Assembly (NCBI GenBank): GCA_965153455.1 | Contig: OZ234494.1 | Span: 4,402,001-4,466,000 of the forward strand | Reading direction: 5' to 3' | DNA from: Sphagnum compactum | Taxonomy: Eukaryota | DNA length: 64,000 bases | Shown: one piece after another, positions 1 through 12,264 of the stretch | Position numbering within the stretch: the stretch's first letter is position 1 | Layout: each line of letters starts with the position of its first letter | Notes under the pieces: generated by a model | What the model was told of the DNA's origin: nothing | The model's database searches: none | What the model saw: the letters and a program-made list of their open reading frames with translations, nothing else | Made by a program: the position numbers and the translations under genes

Positions 1-3000
1 GATGGGTTTAAGTCTTTGTCTTTTATGTTTAAGAGGTTATATGTTGATGCAAGTTTGAATAGCCATTCAACAATTCTATACTACATTTGTGAGGAGTGAA
101 TGTAACATTGTGCATTCTTGAAATCTAGGATGCCCAATTCAAGGATTGGACATTGTGTTTGCACAAAATATGTTAGTAATGATAACATATGTGTACATTC
201 CGGGTCGGTGGATTCAAACCAAATATCAAGATATAAAGTTCAATATACTGCAAGTAATTAAATAGAAAGGTGGCTTATGTATAGTTAGATGTTGTTTATG
301 TTGTGATAACATGAATGATCGTTGAAATGTTTTGTTGTGTTTATCTTGAAAGTTTGTGGGTCGCCTTTTGGTGTGCAAAATTATATTCTTTAGGGTGAAT
401 AAACAAGGAATGCAATCTGAAAGGTGACTACATGGAAACTTGAAAATGTAAGACATGATTTGCTTTCTTTTGTTGTTGTCCGAAAAGGGCAAAAAACACA
501 AACGTGGAATATTTAATCACAAATCTAAAACGATTGATGCTTATTGTTTTGTGTGAATATGTATGCATTAGTAAAGTTGCATGTTTCGGGTTATTGACTT
601 GTTACATAGTTGCAAGGTGCATTCTAAGGGGTATTATTAATGTATATAAGCCTTGGACAAGTTTAATCAATGGAAGAATTGACTCTTTGAATGAAATGTG
701 TGTTGTGCAAATAAATTGATTTGGAGGCATCGCAAATTTGTGTCAATAGAGGTTGAAAATGTTTGCAAAAAGTGGAAAACATAAAATGGTATCCTCCTTC
801 CCTAATTGTTGATCTTCCAAGGTTGATGCACATTTGTTGTTTTCAATTCATGCATGCCAAAATTACAAGTTTAGGGTTAATGGGTTGTTGCATAATTGTG
901 AGGTGCATATTAGGCAATATTACTAATGGATAGGCCTTAAACAAGTTTTTTGGGTAAGTTTAGCATTGACTTGTTTGTATGGTGTACAAGTTTGATTATG
1001 ATATTGGTAAGGTGAAACAAATCATTCATGTCTAATTGAGGTTGCAAGATGTTTGCTATGAAAATTTAAAATACACACAATGTTGGCTTCTCTACCTAAT
1101 TACCAATCTTGAAAGGTCCATGTACATTTGTTGTTTTTAATATATGCATTTAAAACTTAAGTGTTCAAGTTGTGTAGAATATTTAAAGGGGACACATTCA
1201 CAAACAATATAACATCCTTTGGACCTAAGGGAAAGGCACCTTCTTCAAAGGAAATTATGTTGTCTAAGAACAAGTCCCTTGTGATTTTTTTGACATTTGT
1301 CCTAGTTGCTTTTGATAGCTGAACATTAAACATAACTAGCTTGTTGGTCATTTTAATTTTAAAAAAAATAAAAATTAAGACAACCATTACGATTTAAAAA
1401 TCATACCACCAATAAAGAGGAAAAACCTTAAGGCTTTGGATGCTTCCAAAAACTAGACATCCTAATTATTAGCTACATAAACCCCTTAGATTTAGCCCTA
1501 GAACTAAAGTGTGATAACCTAACCTTGCTTGCACCCTTTTACCCTATTTTGAACATTAATTCTAGATATGAAAAATTTTAGATCTCATGACTAGTTTTCA
1601 CACAAGAGATAATCAAAAATCAAGATATTAATCCAAGTATTATTAAATTTGATATTCATAAATGTTCAATGTTTAATGTTCAAGGTTTTTTTTTATACCC
1701 ACCCAACACTAGTATTCAATATTGACCACATTTCACTTTGAAATGAAAGAAAACCTTCTCCTATTAGCATATAGGATTAGTTGGACCCACATTCTCTTGG
1801 TTATTTGGATTGCCAACAACCAAGGTGAATGGACATTGCCCACATATGAAAGATGTAGAAAAATAAGAAAAAAACAAATTAAAATAATAAACAACGCACC
1901 AAGATGAAAAAAAAAATTAGAGAAAAAAAATTGGTAACTTAATATTCTTGAATGACTATTGCTATTCAAACAAAGCTTAGATTTAAATGTAAAAGGATGG
2001 TCACCATAAACTTCAATAGAAATTATGTGTTATGCAACATAATTCCTAACATTGTTGTTGTTTTTATCATATTTATTCAAATAAAATTATCATTATGTAA
2101 TTGAAAAAAATTGCAAAGTGACCCTTGGTTTGGGCCCTCCTTTCACCAATTACCCTTTATTTCAACTTCAAACTTTGCTATTAGCAAAATGAAAGTATTT
2201 GATTGAATCAAGGCTAAAATTCAATACCGTATTGTTTGATGCACAAGATTTGAAATAATTATGAAAATAGTACACATAACAATAATGAAGATGCTCAAGA
2301 AAAGAAAAAGAAAAAGATGAAACTAACATTATAATGAATTTGTACTAATTGAATTTCAAATATAATGTATTTTTATTGTTTTAAAAAATCTCACCTCCTT
2401 AACAATCAAACTTCACTTTACCAATTTTTCTAATCTCTCGAAAAATTAAAATTGAGAAAATCATTGTAATCTCTCCAAAAATTAAATTTGAGAAAATCAT
2501 GTAAACTTTCAAAATAACACCTAGTGAACATTCTTCAAAACATGGGACCGAATGAAAACTACACCATTCCATAATCTATGGGGGAAAAAAAAAAAAAACT
2601 TTCACCCTTATTATTTTAGTAATGCTCTAGCTCTCATGCTTTACACTAAACATTTATCCTAATATTTGATTAGGTTCGGTAACAAACATTTATCCTTGTT
2701 GAATATTTAATTTGTTTTAAAAAATTAGCTTTGACATTTAAATGGGTTTAAAAATTTTGGCATGTAATGAATATTATCAATAAAGAGTACATTATTATAT
2801 CACACAAGTGCAAAAGTGATTAGTTTGTGTAATATTGTGGCATAGTTGAGGATAATCAACCTTATGGCCCTCTTTTGAGTGATTTTTTAATTTTAAAAAT
2901 CACATATTATTGGGTTGATAATTTTCCAAAAAAAATTCTACAAAATAAGGGACTAAATTAAAAAAAACTACATGTTTCACAACTTCCCTAGGCAGGTTGA

Positions 3001-3593
3001 CTTAACTATGGTAAATTATTTTACCATAGTTAATTAACATTCAGCATGACTTGCTACTTTGTTTTTTTTGCTTAGCTCTGAAGAAATGCAATGCAAAAAA
3101 TGCACCCAACCAAAAGCTTTTTTGTTTTTTTCTGGGGAAGTCAGAAGGGAAAAAAAATGGAGCGGGTATGAATGAATACATGAAGAATTTTTGTTACCTA
3201 TTTTAGTGGGAAATCTTCTTCTTCTTCTTCTTCTTCTGCTCCCATTGAAATAATTCGACCCCAATAGAGAATTCCTTCCAAACATGGATCCATTTGCAAA
3301 TGGGTTTTGAGAGAACCCTTTGGATTTAGAAAAATAAATTATGTTGGGTTTGTTGGAAAGCTCGAGAAATTTGTGTCACAAAATATGTTGTTGAGTTTGT
3401 GAGAATTTTGGGTCTTGTTCTCCTTCTTCTTCTTCTTCTTCTTGTTGTCTGCCTTTGTGAGAGAGTGTTTTGCAGTGGAGGGTGGGTGGTGGGTGGTGGT
3501 GTTGAGAGAAGATCCAGAAACAAAGCAACAGTTGTAGTGAATTGAATTTGCAGTGACAAGAAGAGCTGTGAGGATGGATTGATTGAGAGAGGG

Positions 3594-3596
3594 AGA

Positions 3597-3658
<62 letters not shown>

Positions 3659-3680
3659 TGTGTGTGTGTGTGTGTGTGTG
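3594..3680. repeat. Compound (GA)n(GT)n microsatellite upstream of ATG6
   Basis: A long (GA) run followed directly by a (GT) run. Confidence 0.95.
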
Positions 3681-4010
3681 ATAGGGTTTTGTTTTTTGGG
3701 GTGTGTTTGTGTGCTAGGCAAGTTAGAAGAAAGAAATGGGGGTGATTGATGAGTGTGGGTTTGAAACCTAAAGGTGGTGGGGAAAGAAGAAGCTTTTGAT
3801 GCTCTGAGAGACAGTTTTGGAGAATTGGGTCGTGGAGATTTGGTGTCTGGAATGGAGGAAGAAGCTCAGGCCAACCAAGAGGGTTCCTCAAGGTGTGACC
3901 ACCGAGTTGAAGGTCTAGCAGGGGGAAGAAGGTAATTGGCGAGAAAGAGGAGAAGAGGAAGCAGGAGGAGGAGTTGGAGGAGGAGTTGAAGTTGGAGAAG
4001 GGGTGTGAGG

Positions 4011-7000
4011 ATGAGGGAAGAAGGGGGAGGTAAGAGCGGGAGGGTGGCGGCGGGAGGGGATCCTGCTCTGCCCAGATGGGTATGTCAGATGTGCCGCCAT
4101 CCTTTAAGCGTGGTGGGTGCCGAGTCCTTTGCAGAGAGAATCATGACAGAGCCTTCTCGATCAGGTGGGGTTGCAAAAGTCTTACCTTTTTTTTCCGCTC
4201 TCTCTTTCTCTCCTTTTTAGGGTTTTTCCATCTCACAATTCTTGACATGAATTGGAGCATGGTTTGCTGCAGAGGTTTATGCTAGCTAGGGATGAAACTG
4301 ATCACACACCACCCACCCTCTCTTTCTCTTGGGAATTTAGGTAAGATCAATGCTGAATTCCGATAGAGACTGAATTGTAACCTAGGCCTGGCTTATTACA
4401 GATGAATGAGTAGCTGAAGGTAGCTAGAGTGTGTGAAATCTTTTGATGGAGCAGGTGTGCAGGCATCATCAGTACATGGAAGTGGCAGTGTATATGCAGG
4501 CAGCCGGATGGACAACTCTTATGTGGTGTTACCAAATCATCGTGTGCAATCATCAGGATTCCCACCACCCCGACCCCGAACAGGAGGTATCCACTATCCA
4601 ACACCCGGGGCCACAACAAGCAGTGGTGTGGGTGCTGGACAACACAATTTGCATCAGCCTATCATCCCAGGCATGAGTGGGGAGAGCCATGGTGGACGGG
4701 CAATGGATGAGTCCTTTGTGGTATTACCATCAGCAGCATCAATGTACAGGTTTGAAGTTTCTGGAGAAGGAGCAGGAGGAGGAGGTGTGGGACGGCATGG
4801 GGGAGGCAGCAGTGGTGGGGTGGTCACCAGTGGCCAGCACACCAATAATGCAAGCTTTAATGCGACCGTAAATGTCCTCACTCGTGTGTTTGAGATTGCA
4901 TCTGCACAAACACAGGTACCTGAGCTTCTGTCCATGTGTATTTTGATGTCTTGTTTGACACTTATTTCTTTCTTTTGAAAGTTGCTTGAAATTGATTTGT
5001 TTGCAAAACAGGTGGACCAACCACTCTGCTTGGAGTGCATGCACTCGCTGTCTGAAGAGCTCGATAAGCAGGTAGAGGATGTGAGGAATGACATTAAAGC
5101 CTATCAGGCATGTCTTGACCGCTTGAACAAAGATTCTCAAGAGGCTCTCAGTGAGGAAGATTTTGCTCATGAGAAGTTGAAGGTACAGTAAAATGAAATT
5201 TTCAAGCTCATCTCTTCCTGTTTTTTCCTGATCAAGGGACTGACCACTGGGATGGCCTTGTTATCATAGTTGTAGATGTGATTTTTTACTTTTTAATTCC
5301 AGCTTCTGTTGACTGCATGCCCTGGCCTGTCAACTAGGTTGAGGAAGAGGAGAGGAAGCTGGAAATGGCAATTGAGGAGGTGGAGCAGCAGAAGAAAGAG
5401 GTTAATGCTCAGCTCCAGGAGCTTCAGCTGAAGTTCAAGGATTTCCAAGAACTGGAAGAAAAGTGAGAGCACCACATGCCCACACACAGCCACCCTTAAC
5501 CCTTGTTCCAAATTTCTGAACTAAGTTTAGAATTTTGAACTGACGTGTACCGTGTTGATTTGCTGAAGGGAATGTTCAAGTTTGAAGCTTTCCAGAGTTT
5601 GTTGCCTTGATTCCCAGCTCTTCTTTGAACACATTGAGGTAGCTAAGGAGGGGGTCATGCCTTGCAATGTGCAGGTTCTGGCATGACTGTAATGACTTCA
5701 AGTTGCAACTCACTGTCCATCAGGTTTCTCTATTGTGTACACTCCTGTGTCCACTCTTGCTGTCTCTGATCAATCCCCATTTCACTGTGCAATCATGTGT
5801 TTTTGGGGCATCCAAGAATGGGTCTCAGTGTGATAATCTCTCCCACCAACTTCTTCTAAAGGAGAAGAAGTCGGAGATCATTTGAGGTTTTTCACTGGAT
5901 GATTAGAGTTGAGGTTTGACGGACAGGAACTTATGCTAACTTGCAAACAGGATGAGCGGGATGGAGTGTTGGCAAAGATAGAGGTTGCTCAAGCACAGCT
6001 TGAGATGTTAAAGCGCACCAATGTGCTTAATGATGCCTTCCACATATGGCATGATGGTGACTTTGGAACCATCAATAACTTTCGACTGGGCCGTCTTCCC
6101 AATGTTCCGGTATGTCTTGAATTTTCTGCATGAACTCTCCCCTTCTTTCATTTCCTTGTCTCTTGGTCTTGAATTCAAGACACTATAGAAGCACTCAAGG
6201 GTGGGGGGGTTCTTAACAATGTATGGTTGTGGTCAAGGAGCAGTGATCCATCATGGCTTAGTGGATATGTAGGGCTGATGATAGGGTGAATTGCAAAAAT
6301 TCAGAAGTTGAAATTGAGCACAAAAGGGTGTCTTACAGCTGCTTTTCCTTCACATTCCTATTTAGAGTACCAAAGGATTCTGTGAGGAAGAGGGAGAGGC
6401 AACGCATTGTGACTGAGCTGCAGGTTTTTTGTATACAGGTGGAATGGGATGAGATAAATGCAGCATGGGGACAGGCATGCCTATTGCTTTACACCATGGC
6501 TCAGTATTGTCGGCTGAATTTCTCGTATCCTCTCCAATACTTTTCCTTGTATTATTGCTTGAAATCAAAATTTTCCATGTGGCTCTGCCCAGTGTACTTT
6601 GATTTCATTTTTTCCTGTTGAAATACCTTGACAAGAGTATGGCAGATACCGAATTCTGCCAATGGGAAGTTACCCACGCATTGCAGACAACAAAAACACG
6701 TATGAATTGTAAGTCTTTGTTCATCAGTCTTTGTTACTGTTTAGAGGGTGTTCTCTCTCACTGTCTCAACTAAACTGTTATTTATCTAAAGATTGTCTTT
6801 TTTATTTTTTGGATTTTTATGTGGGGCACTTCTATTTGAGCTGCAAGGATGGTTTGCAGATTTTTTGTGGGTGAATTTGGCAAGGCTTGCTACTGTTTTG
6901 AGTTTTTAAACTCTTGTCAGATTTGGACCTGTGAATCTCTTTTGGAGCACTCGGTATGACAAGGCCATGACATTCTTTTTGGCCTGCCTCAAGGAGTTTG

Positions 7001-7529
7001 CCGAGTTTGCAAATGCCAAGGATAGAGCAGCCAATGTTCCACTTGACAAGTGTTTCCAGCTTCCTTACAAGTAACTGCTTCCCCCCCTGCCCAAAACTCT
7101 AGGGAGTACTTTTTTCTCCTTTTCTCCAAAGCAAGGAGTCTCATGAGCTTAAAATATATCTTGGCTTTGTTGCAAGGGTGATAGGAAAGGTTTTTGATGG
7201 TGAAGACTCTGTGTGTTGATTGCTGTTGTGTTTGACATTTCAGGATTGAAAATGACAAGGTAGAGGGTTTCACAATAACACAAAGTTTCAACCGGCAAGA
7301 GAAGTGGACAAAGGCACTGAAATACACTCTTTGCAATCTCAAGTGGGCTCTGTATTGGCTAATTGGTAACACAGCATTCCAGCCTGCATCTCCTGCATCC
7401 TCATCTATGGCAATTGGCACCTCCTCCAGTCATGGGAGTTCAACTTCTTCCCAAGCTGTGGCACTGCAGCCAGAGTCCAGGATTGGTGCCTCCAGTACTT
7501 CTTCATTGCACTCCCATCCAACCATTTAA
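4011..7529 (+). CDS. ATG6: Beclin-1 / ATG6 (VPS30) autophagy PI3K-complex subunit, multi-exon
   Basis: Spliced exons give [21 protein letters not shown], a coiled coil, [65 protein letters not shown] and [23 protein letters not shown] at 4011, TAA at 7527-7529. Confidence 0.97.
6525..6645 (+). other. U12-type (minor spliceosome) GT-AG intron in ATG6
   Basis: 5' splice site GTATCCTC. Branch-point-like TACCTTGAC lies 13 nt before the end of the intron (GGCAG). Removal restores the frame ([13 protein letters not shown]). Confidence 0.75.
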
Positions 7530-9008
7530 AGGTTAATTATTTTCTCCTCTGACAAGTCAGTCGCTCTTGGCCATGACATGTTCGAACAGTTGATTCAAGC
7601 TGAGTCTCAGGAGAACTCTGTTCGGAGACTTTTCCCAAGCAGAGAAACATGCTGCAGCTATGAGTGGGACTTTCAAATTACAATGGCAAAAAAACCTCAC
7701 AGAGTAAAGAATTAGAGCTGTAACTGTGTAACATGAGCAGCTACTCTCGTTCTATCACTGGGAAGTACTTAACATTTCCAAATTGAAAACTGGCAGGAAC
7801 AACAACAAACACACCTCTTGGCAGAACAGCATACACAGGCGGCAATTGCTGTGCACAATACTGCAATGCTTGTGGCAATTGGAAGCATTATTGGCTTGCT
7901 TGTGTTTCAAATTGTTGTAGCTATATATATATGTTATAGAAAATCTCCAGTCTTTACTTCTGTGTTGAAGTTCATCACATGGGGCTGGTTTGGTGCAGAT
8001 GGGTTTTGCACACAATTGTCCCCTTGATTCTTTAGATGATGGGTGTGCATGTCTGTCACATCAGGATTAGAATGTACAGTGCCCGTTTGAACTGGTCTGT
8101 TGCACCAGGTGCCAAATACACTGAAGCTATGTCAAAATTTGGAAGCTAATGCAAACAGAGCTCGGTCCTCATCCCTCCTCCCCTTTTCCCCCTTGTGGAT
8201 GCTTCTGATGTCTGTCAGGCACCTCAACTGTTGTGCCCATACTCGTAAAAGACCTACTGACCTCAAATAACAATGAGGGTTGAAGTGCCATACAACTGTG
8301 TGACCCATTGGCTCCAAGTTCAAGCCAAATTTTTACTCCAAAATTCTATACTGATGCAAAGCTGATTTAACCTGAAAAATATGATTTCGACCTACACATA
8401 CAAATAATGATAGTTTCATCCATGACTGTGTATTTATCCATGTTTGGAGTACATGATGTTGTTGGGCAAGTGAGTTTGTGATTACTTTGTTCGGATACTG
8501 TGTTCAGATTCATTATAGAGTACAGTAGCCCTCCTCTATAGACTCTATGGACTCTATGGAGTTTTGGGAGTCCATAGAGTCTATCATGATGATGCTCAAT
8601 TTAAGATTGTTGTTGATGCTAGATTTATGTTGATCAACGATGATGCTGATGATGAGGAGTTTTGGGAGTCCAGGATCATGTCATGAGACATCTGCAGCAC
8701 AATGGGAAATTGAACAAGGTACCTTTCATCATCATCATCATCATCATCATCAAGTGAGGACTTAGGTTAATGTGCTTATGCTATCCATGGATTCGATGGA
8801 TGACGAGATTTGGCAACACTCTTGTGTTGAATTGCGGTTTAGGATTGTTGTAGAGAGAAGAGAAGAATTGGGTCTGCGAAACTTGCAGTAATCCAGGGTT
8901 GAGCGCAATTTGTGTTGCTTAAGCCCAGTTTGTCCAGTACAATTTTCAGTTTTTCGGGGGTTTTTTTGGGGTCTTAGCTTTTGGTGGATCTCCCCGAGAA
9001 TATTTGTC

Positions 9009-12000
9009 ATGGATTTGGCACGTATGTGTTGTAGCAGTAGTGGCACCACCACTACCACCAACAAGGTTTGGAGTTTTAGCAAGCTTCTTCACACACGCTT
9101 CATCATCAGAGGGGAAGAGTCGGGCATAGCTACTGCTTCCTTTGCAAGTAGACGAGGCTGTCGTCGTCGACCATTTGCAGGGATAAGCATGAAGGATCGA
9201 AAATGCTCAAGGTACATGTTAGAATTGTTCGGTCATTCTCATGGAAATATCGTAGGCAAAATCTTATGATGGTTTTTTGGGATTCGTCAATTTCTCAAGA
9301 GAAGAACAAATCAAAACAAAACAGAAAACCTCTCTTAGCTTTGAATAGTTCTGGTGGATTTGCAGCTTGTCTGCAGTGGCAGCAGCAGCAGCTATGATGG
9401 GTACTACGGAAACAAGACCTGGAGGCTCAAGAAGATCGTCAATTCCACCACCGGTACACCCAACTTACGATCTTCAGCAACTTATCCGCCTAGCTCTTGC
9501 TGAAGATGCCGGCGATCGAGGTAAACTTCTCTCCAAAAATGATGTTGGAGGGGACAATCCAGACGCTCCCTCAGCACATACTGTTTAGTTGCACCCCAAT
9601 CTTCCAAACCCTAATCTGTGGAATCTTTTCTGCACCTTGATCACAGGACTCAAACCATTTAGATTCTTAGTACTTAGATTCTTTGAATGCATTTTTTGTT
9701 TCATGAACTTTCAGATCCATGGAGACCATAGCCTCTCATTGAGAAAAAAAACAATAACAACAACAAAGAAACAGCAATCTGCCAATACAAGAAAGGGTTT
9801 TTTGGTCATGTTCAAACTGGAATTAGTATTGTGGTGGTGCAGTTGTGCTTTTTTGCTTCTACAGCCCCTCCAATAGCCCACGGTGAAATGTTTTGACAGG
9901 TGATATTACATGCTTAGCAACGATTGGACCAGAGATTCAAGCACAAGCTCAGTTTCTAGCTAAAGAAGATGGAGTTGTTGGAGGAATTGCCATGGCGGAT
10001 TTAGTGTTTTCAGAAGTAGATCCAAGTTTACAGGTGAGATCAAAGCATAGTGATGTACTTCTTATGATCACAAAATCAGTTGATATGGTTCTCTCTCTCA
10101 GAAAATGGAAACCCTAAAAACTGTGAATCCTGTTGAAGGCATTTTGTAACTTGTCTTTACATTGTGATGTCTTTTGTGTCATTGTAATGAATGTATTTCA
10201 AGTTCGAATTGTTTGTCCAGGATTTGTCACTGTTACCACTGTATGTTTGGTTCTGAATTGTGCCCATTTCAATGGTTTTTCCTGCTCATGGTTGTATTTA
10301 GGTGGAGTGGGAAGTGAAGGATGGTGACATGGTAACAAAGGGGTTGCACTTTGGTACTGTTTCTGGTAAGTGCAGGGAATTGTAATTTTGTCCCTGAGAT
10401 ATTGAGTTTGTCAGAGTCACCTGGCAGGGGTCTGTTGACTCGATTGATCTGATCTGATCTGATCTGATCACCAGAGAGCTCTGATTTTCAATAGGGGATG
10501 GTTATTTGTGGTTTTGAGTTTGCAGGGAGTGCGAGAAGCATCTAATTGCAGAGAGGGTAGTGTTGAACTTCATGCAACGCATGAGTGGTATTGCCACTGT
10601 CACCAAGGTACAATCCTTTGTTCTTACTTAGAAAGGGTCACTAAAAGACAATACAGACATCAAATTCTTTGTCAATGTCTCTACTTTGACAAGAACTTAA
10701 GTACATCAGTCCCAGACTGTAGAGCAAAATGAGAAAGCAGGCAACTACTATGTGCACATCCAGGGGTCAAATATCTGGAGAAATAAAATGAAATGAAAAG
10801 AAAAACTTTGCATAAGTAGATTGTGCAGAGTTTAGTTCAGAACCTTTTTGCAGCCTGGTTGAAGTTTGTAACCATCTTTTGATGAAATGTCTCATGGAAA
10901 TTTGATTTGAAAGATATGATGATTGGTTGTCTGTGGGGCAGGCTATGGTGGAAGCAGCAAATCCATCACGCATATTGGAAACACGGAAGACAGCTCCTGG
11001 TTTACGACTTATTGATAAGTGGGCAGTATGTCTCTTATTTTCAATTTTGCTTTTGTACTGTTAGCCCTGGTTCATCACACTTTTAGGTTTGGTTACTTGT
11101 TTGATTGGTTTTTGGGTTTCAACAAAAGATCAAAATGTTGGTGCAGGTGTTGATAGGAGGGGGGGAGAATCACCGTATGGGACTCTATGATATGGTGTTA
11201 GTCAAAGACAACCATATTGCTGTTGCTGGAGGAATTCCACAAGCTATTGCCGCTGTGGATGCCTACCTGAAGCAGGAAAACCTAGATGTCGGTGTTGAGG
11301 TACATATGTGAAAAACCATGTTCCATGATTCCCCACTTTATATTTTCCATCATTTCAAGATCTGCGGTGCGTGGCATATGCAGCTGAATGGATGTTGTAC
11401 TTGCACAGTGGTGGTTCTTTTTACTGAGAACTGTGGGTGTTCATTTTGCTTGCTCTGGCAAAACGTTCTCTTTTCCTGCCCTAATTTGACATATCAGTTA
11501 CATGCTTTATTATGTTCAGGAGTTGATGCTTGTGCACTAGGACCATTAGAGTGAAATGGTTTCTCAGTATGCTGAATGTGATGGGTGTTCATGGTTGATT
11601 AGATAGAGACACGGACACTGGAGGAGGTGCAAGAAGTGATATCATGCATTGAAAGGGATGTTGGACGTGTTACTCGTGTATTGCTGGACAACATGGTTGT
11701 ACGAATGCCAAATGGTGATGTTGATGTGTCGATGCTTCAATCAGCTGTTGATCTTGTCAACTCCAGGTTTGAAACAGAGGTCAGGGCATTCATTCAACCC
11801 TGCGTGGGGTTTTTTTGGGGGCAAAACAATCAACAGTGAGGGAAGGGTTTTGGAATCATAGAAAGAGTAGGTGCTTATTCCTTCATGTGGTGCTTTTTCT
11901 TTGGAAGAATGCAGGCATCAGGTAATGTAACAATCGAGACAGTTGGACGCATTGGCTCAACTGGGGTCACCTATATATCCAGGTACAGAAACAAGAAGTT

Positions 12001-12264
12001 AAATCAACCACATTACAGAGAACTATCTTGATCAGAGTGTGGGTTTTTTTTTGTTATTATGCCTTGACATTATCATGCTGGTTTTTATGTGGAATTCAAT
12101 CTTACAACCTAGCTAGTGTGACGGGTTGGTTTCTCTGTTGTGTTTTGGGGCATGCTGCTCATGACAGTGGGGCATTGACACATTCTGTCAAGGCATTGGA
12201 CATCTCCTTGAATGTGGACACAGAGTTAGCTGTTGCGGTAGCAAAACGCACCAATCGTGCATGA
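9009..12264 (+). CDS. QPT: Quinolinate phosphoribosyltransferase (NadC-type), with putative plastid transit peptide, multi-exon
   Basis: Exons encode [92 protein letters not shown] and [15 protein letters not shown]. The Ser/Thr/Arg-rich exon 1 (9009-9211) splices in frame to 9366. The start codon is less certain than the catalytic core. Confidence 0.95.

Noticed and set aside
1-1150. Possible decayed retroelement with a degenerate duplication of about 300 bp (about 560-860 versus 870-1150)
   Set aside because: The duplication is visible, but the putative RT-like peptides are too degraded and out of order to classify.
3326-3891. Long minus-strand ORFs (131 and 171 aa) upstream of ATG6
   Set aside because: They arise from GA, GT and CTT microsatellites and purine-rich leader sequence, with no domain-like content.
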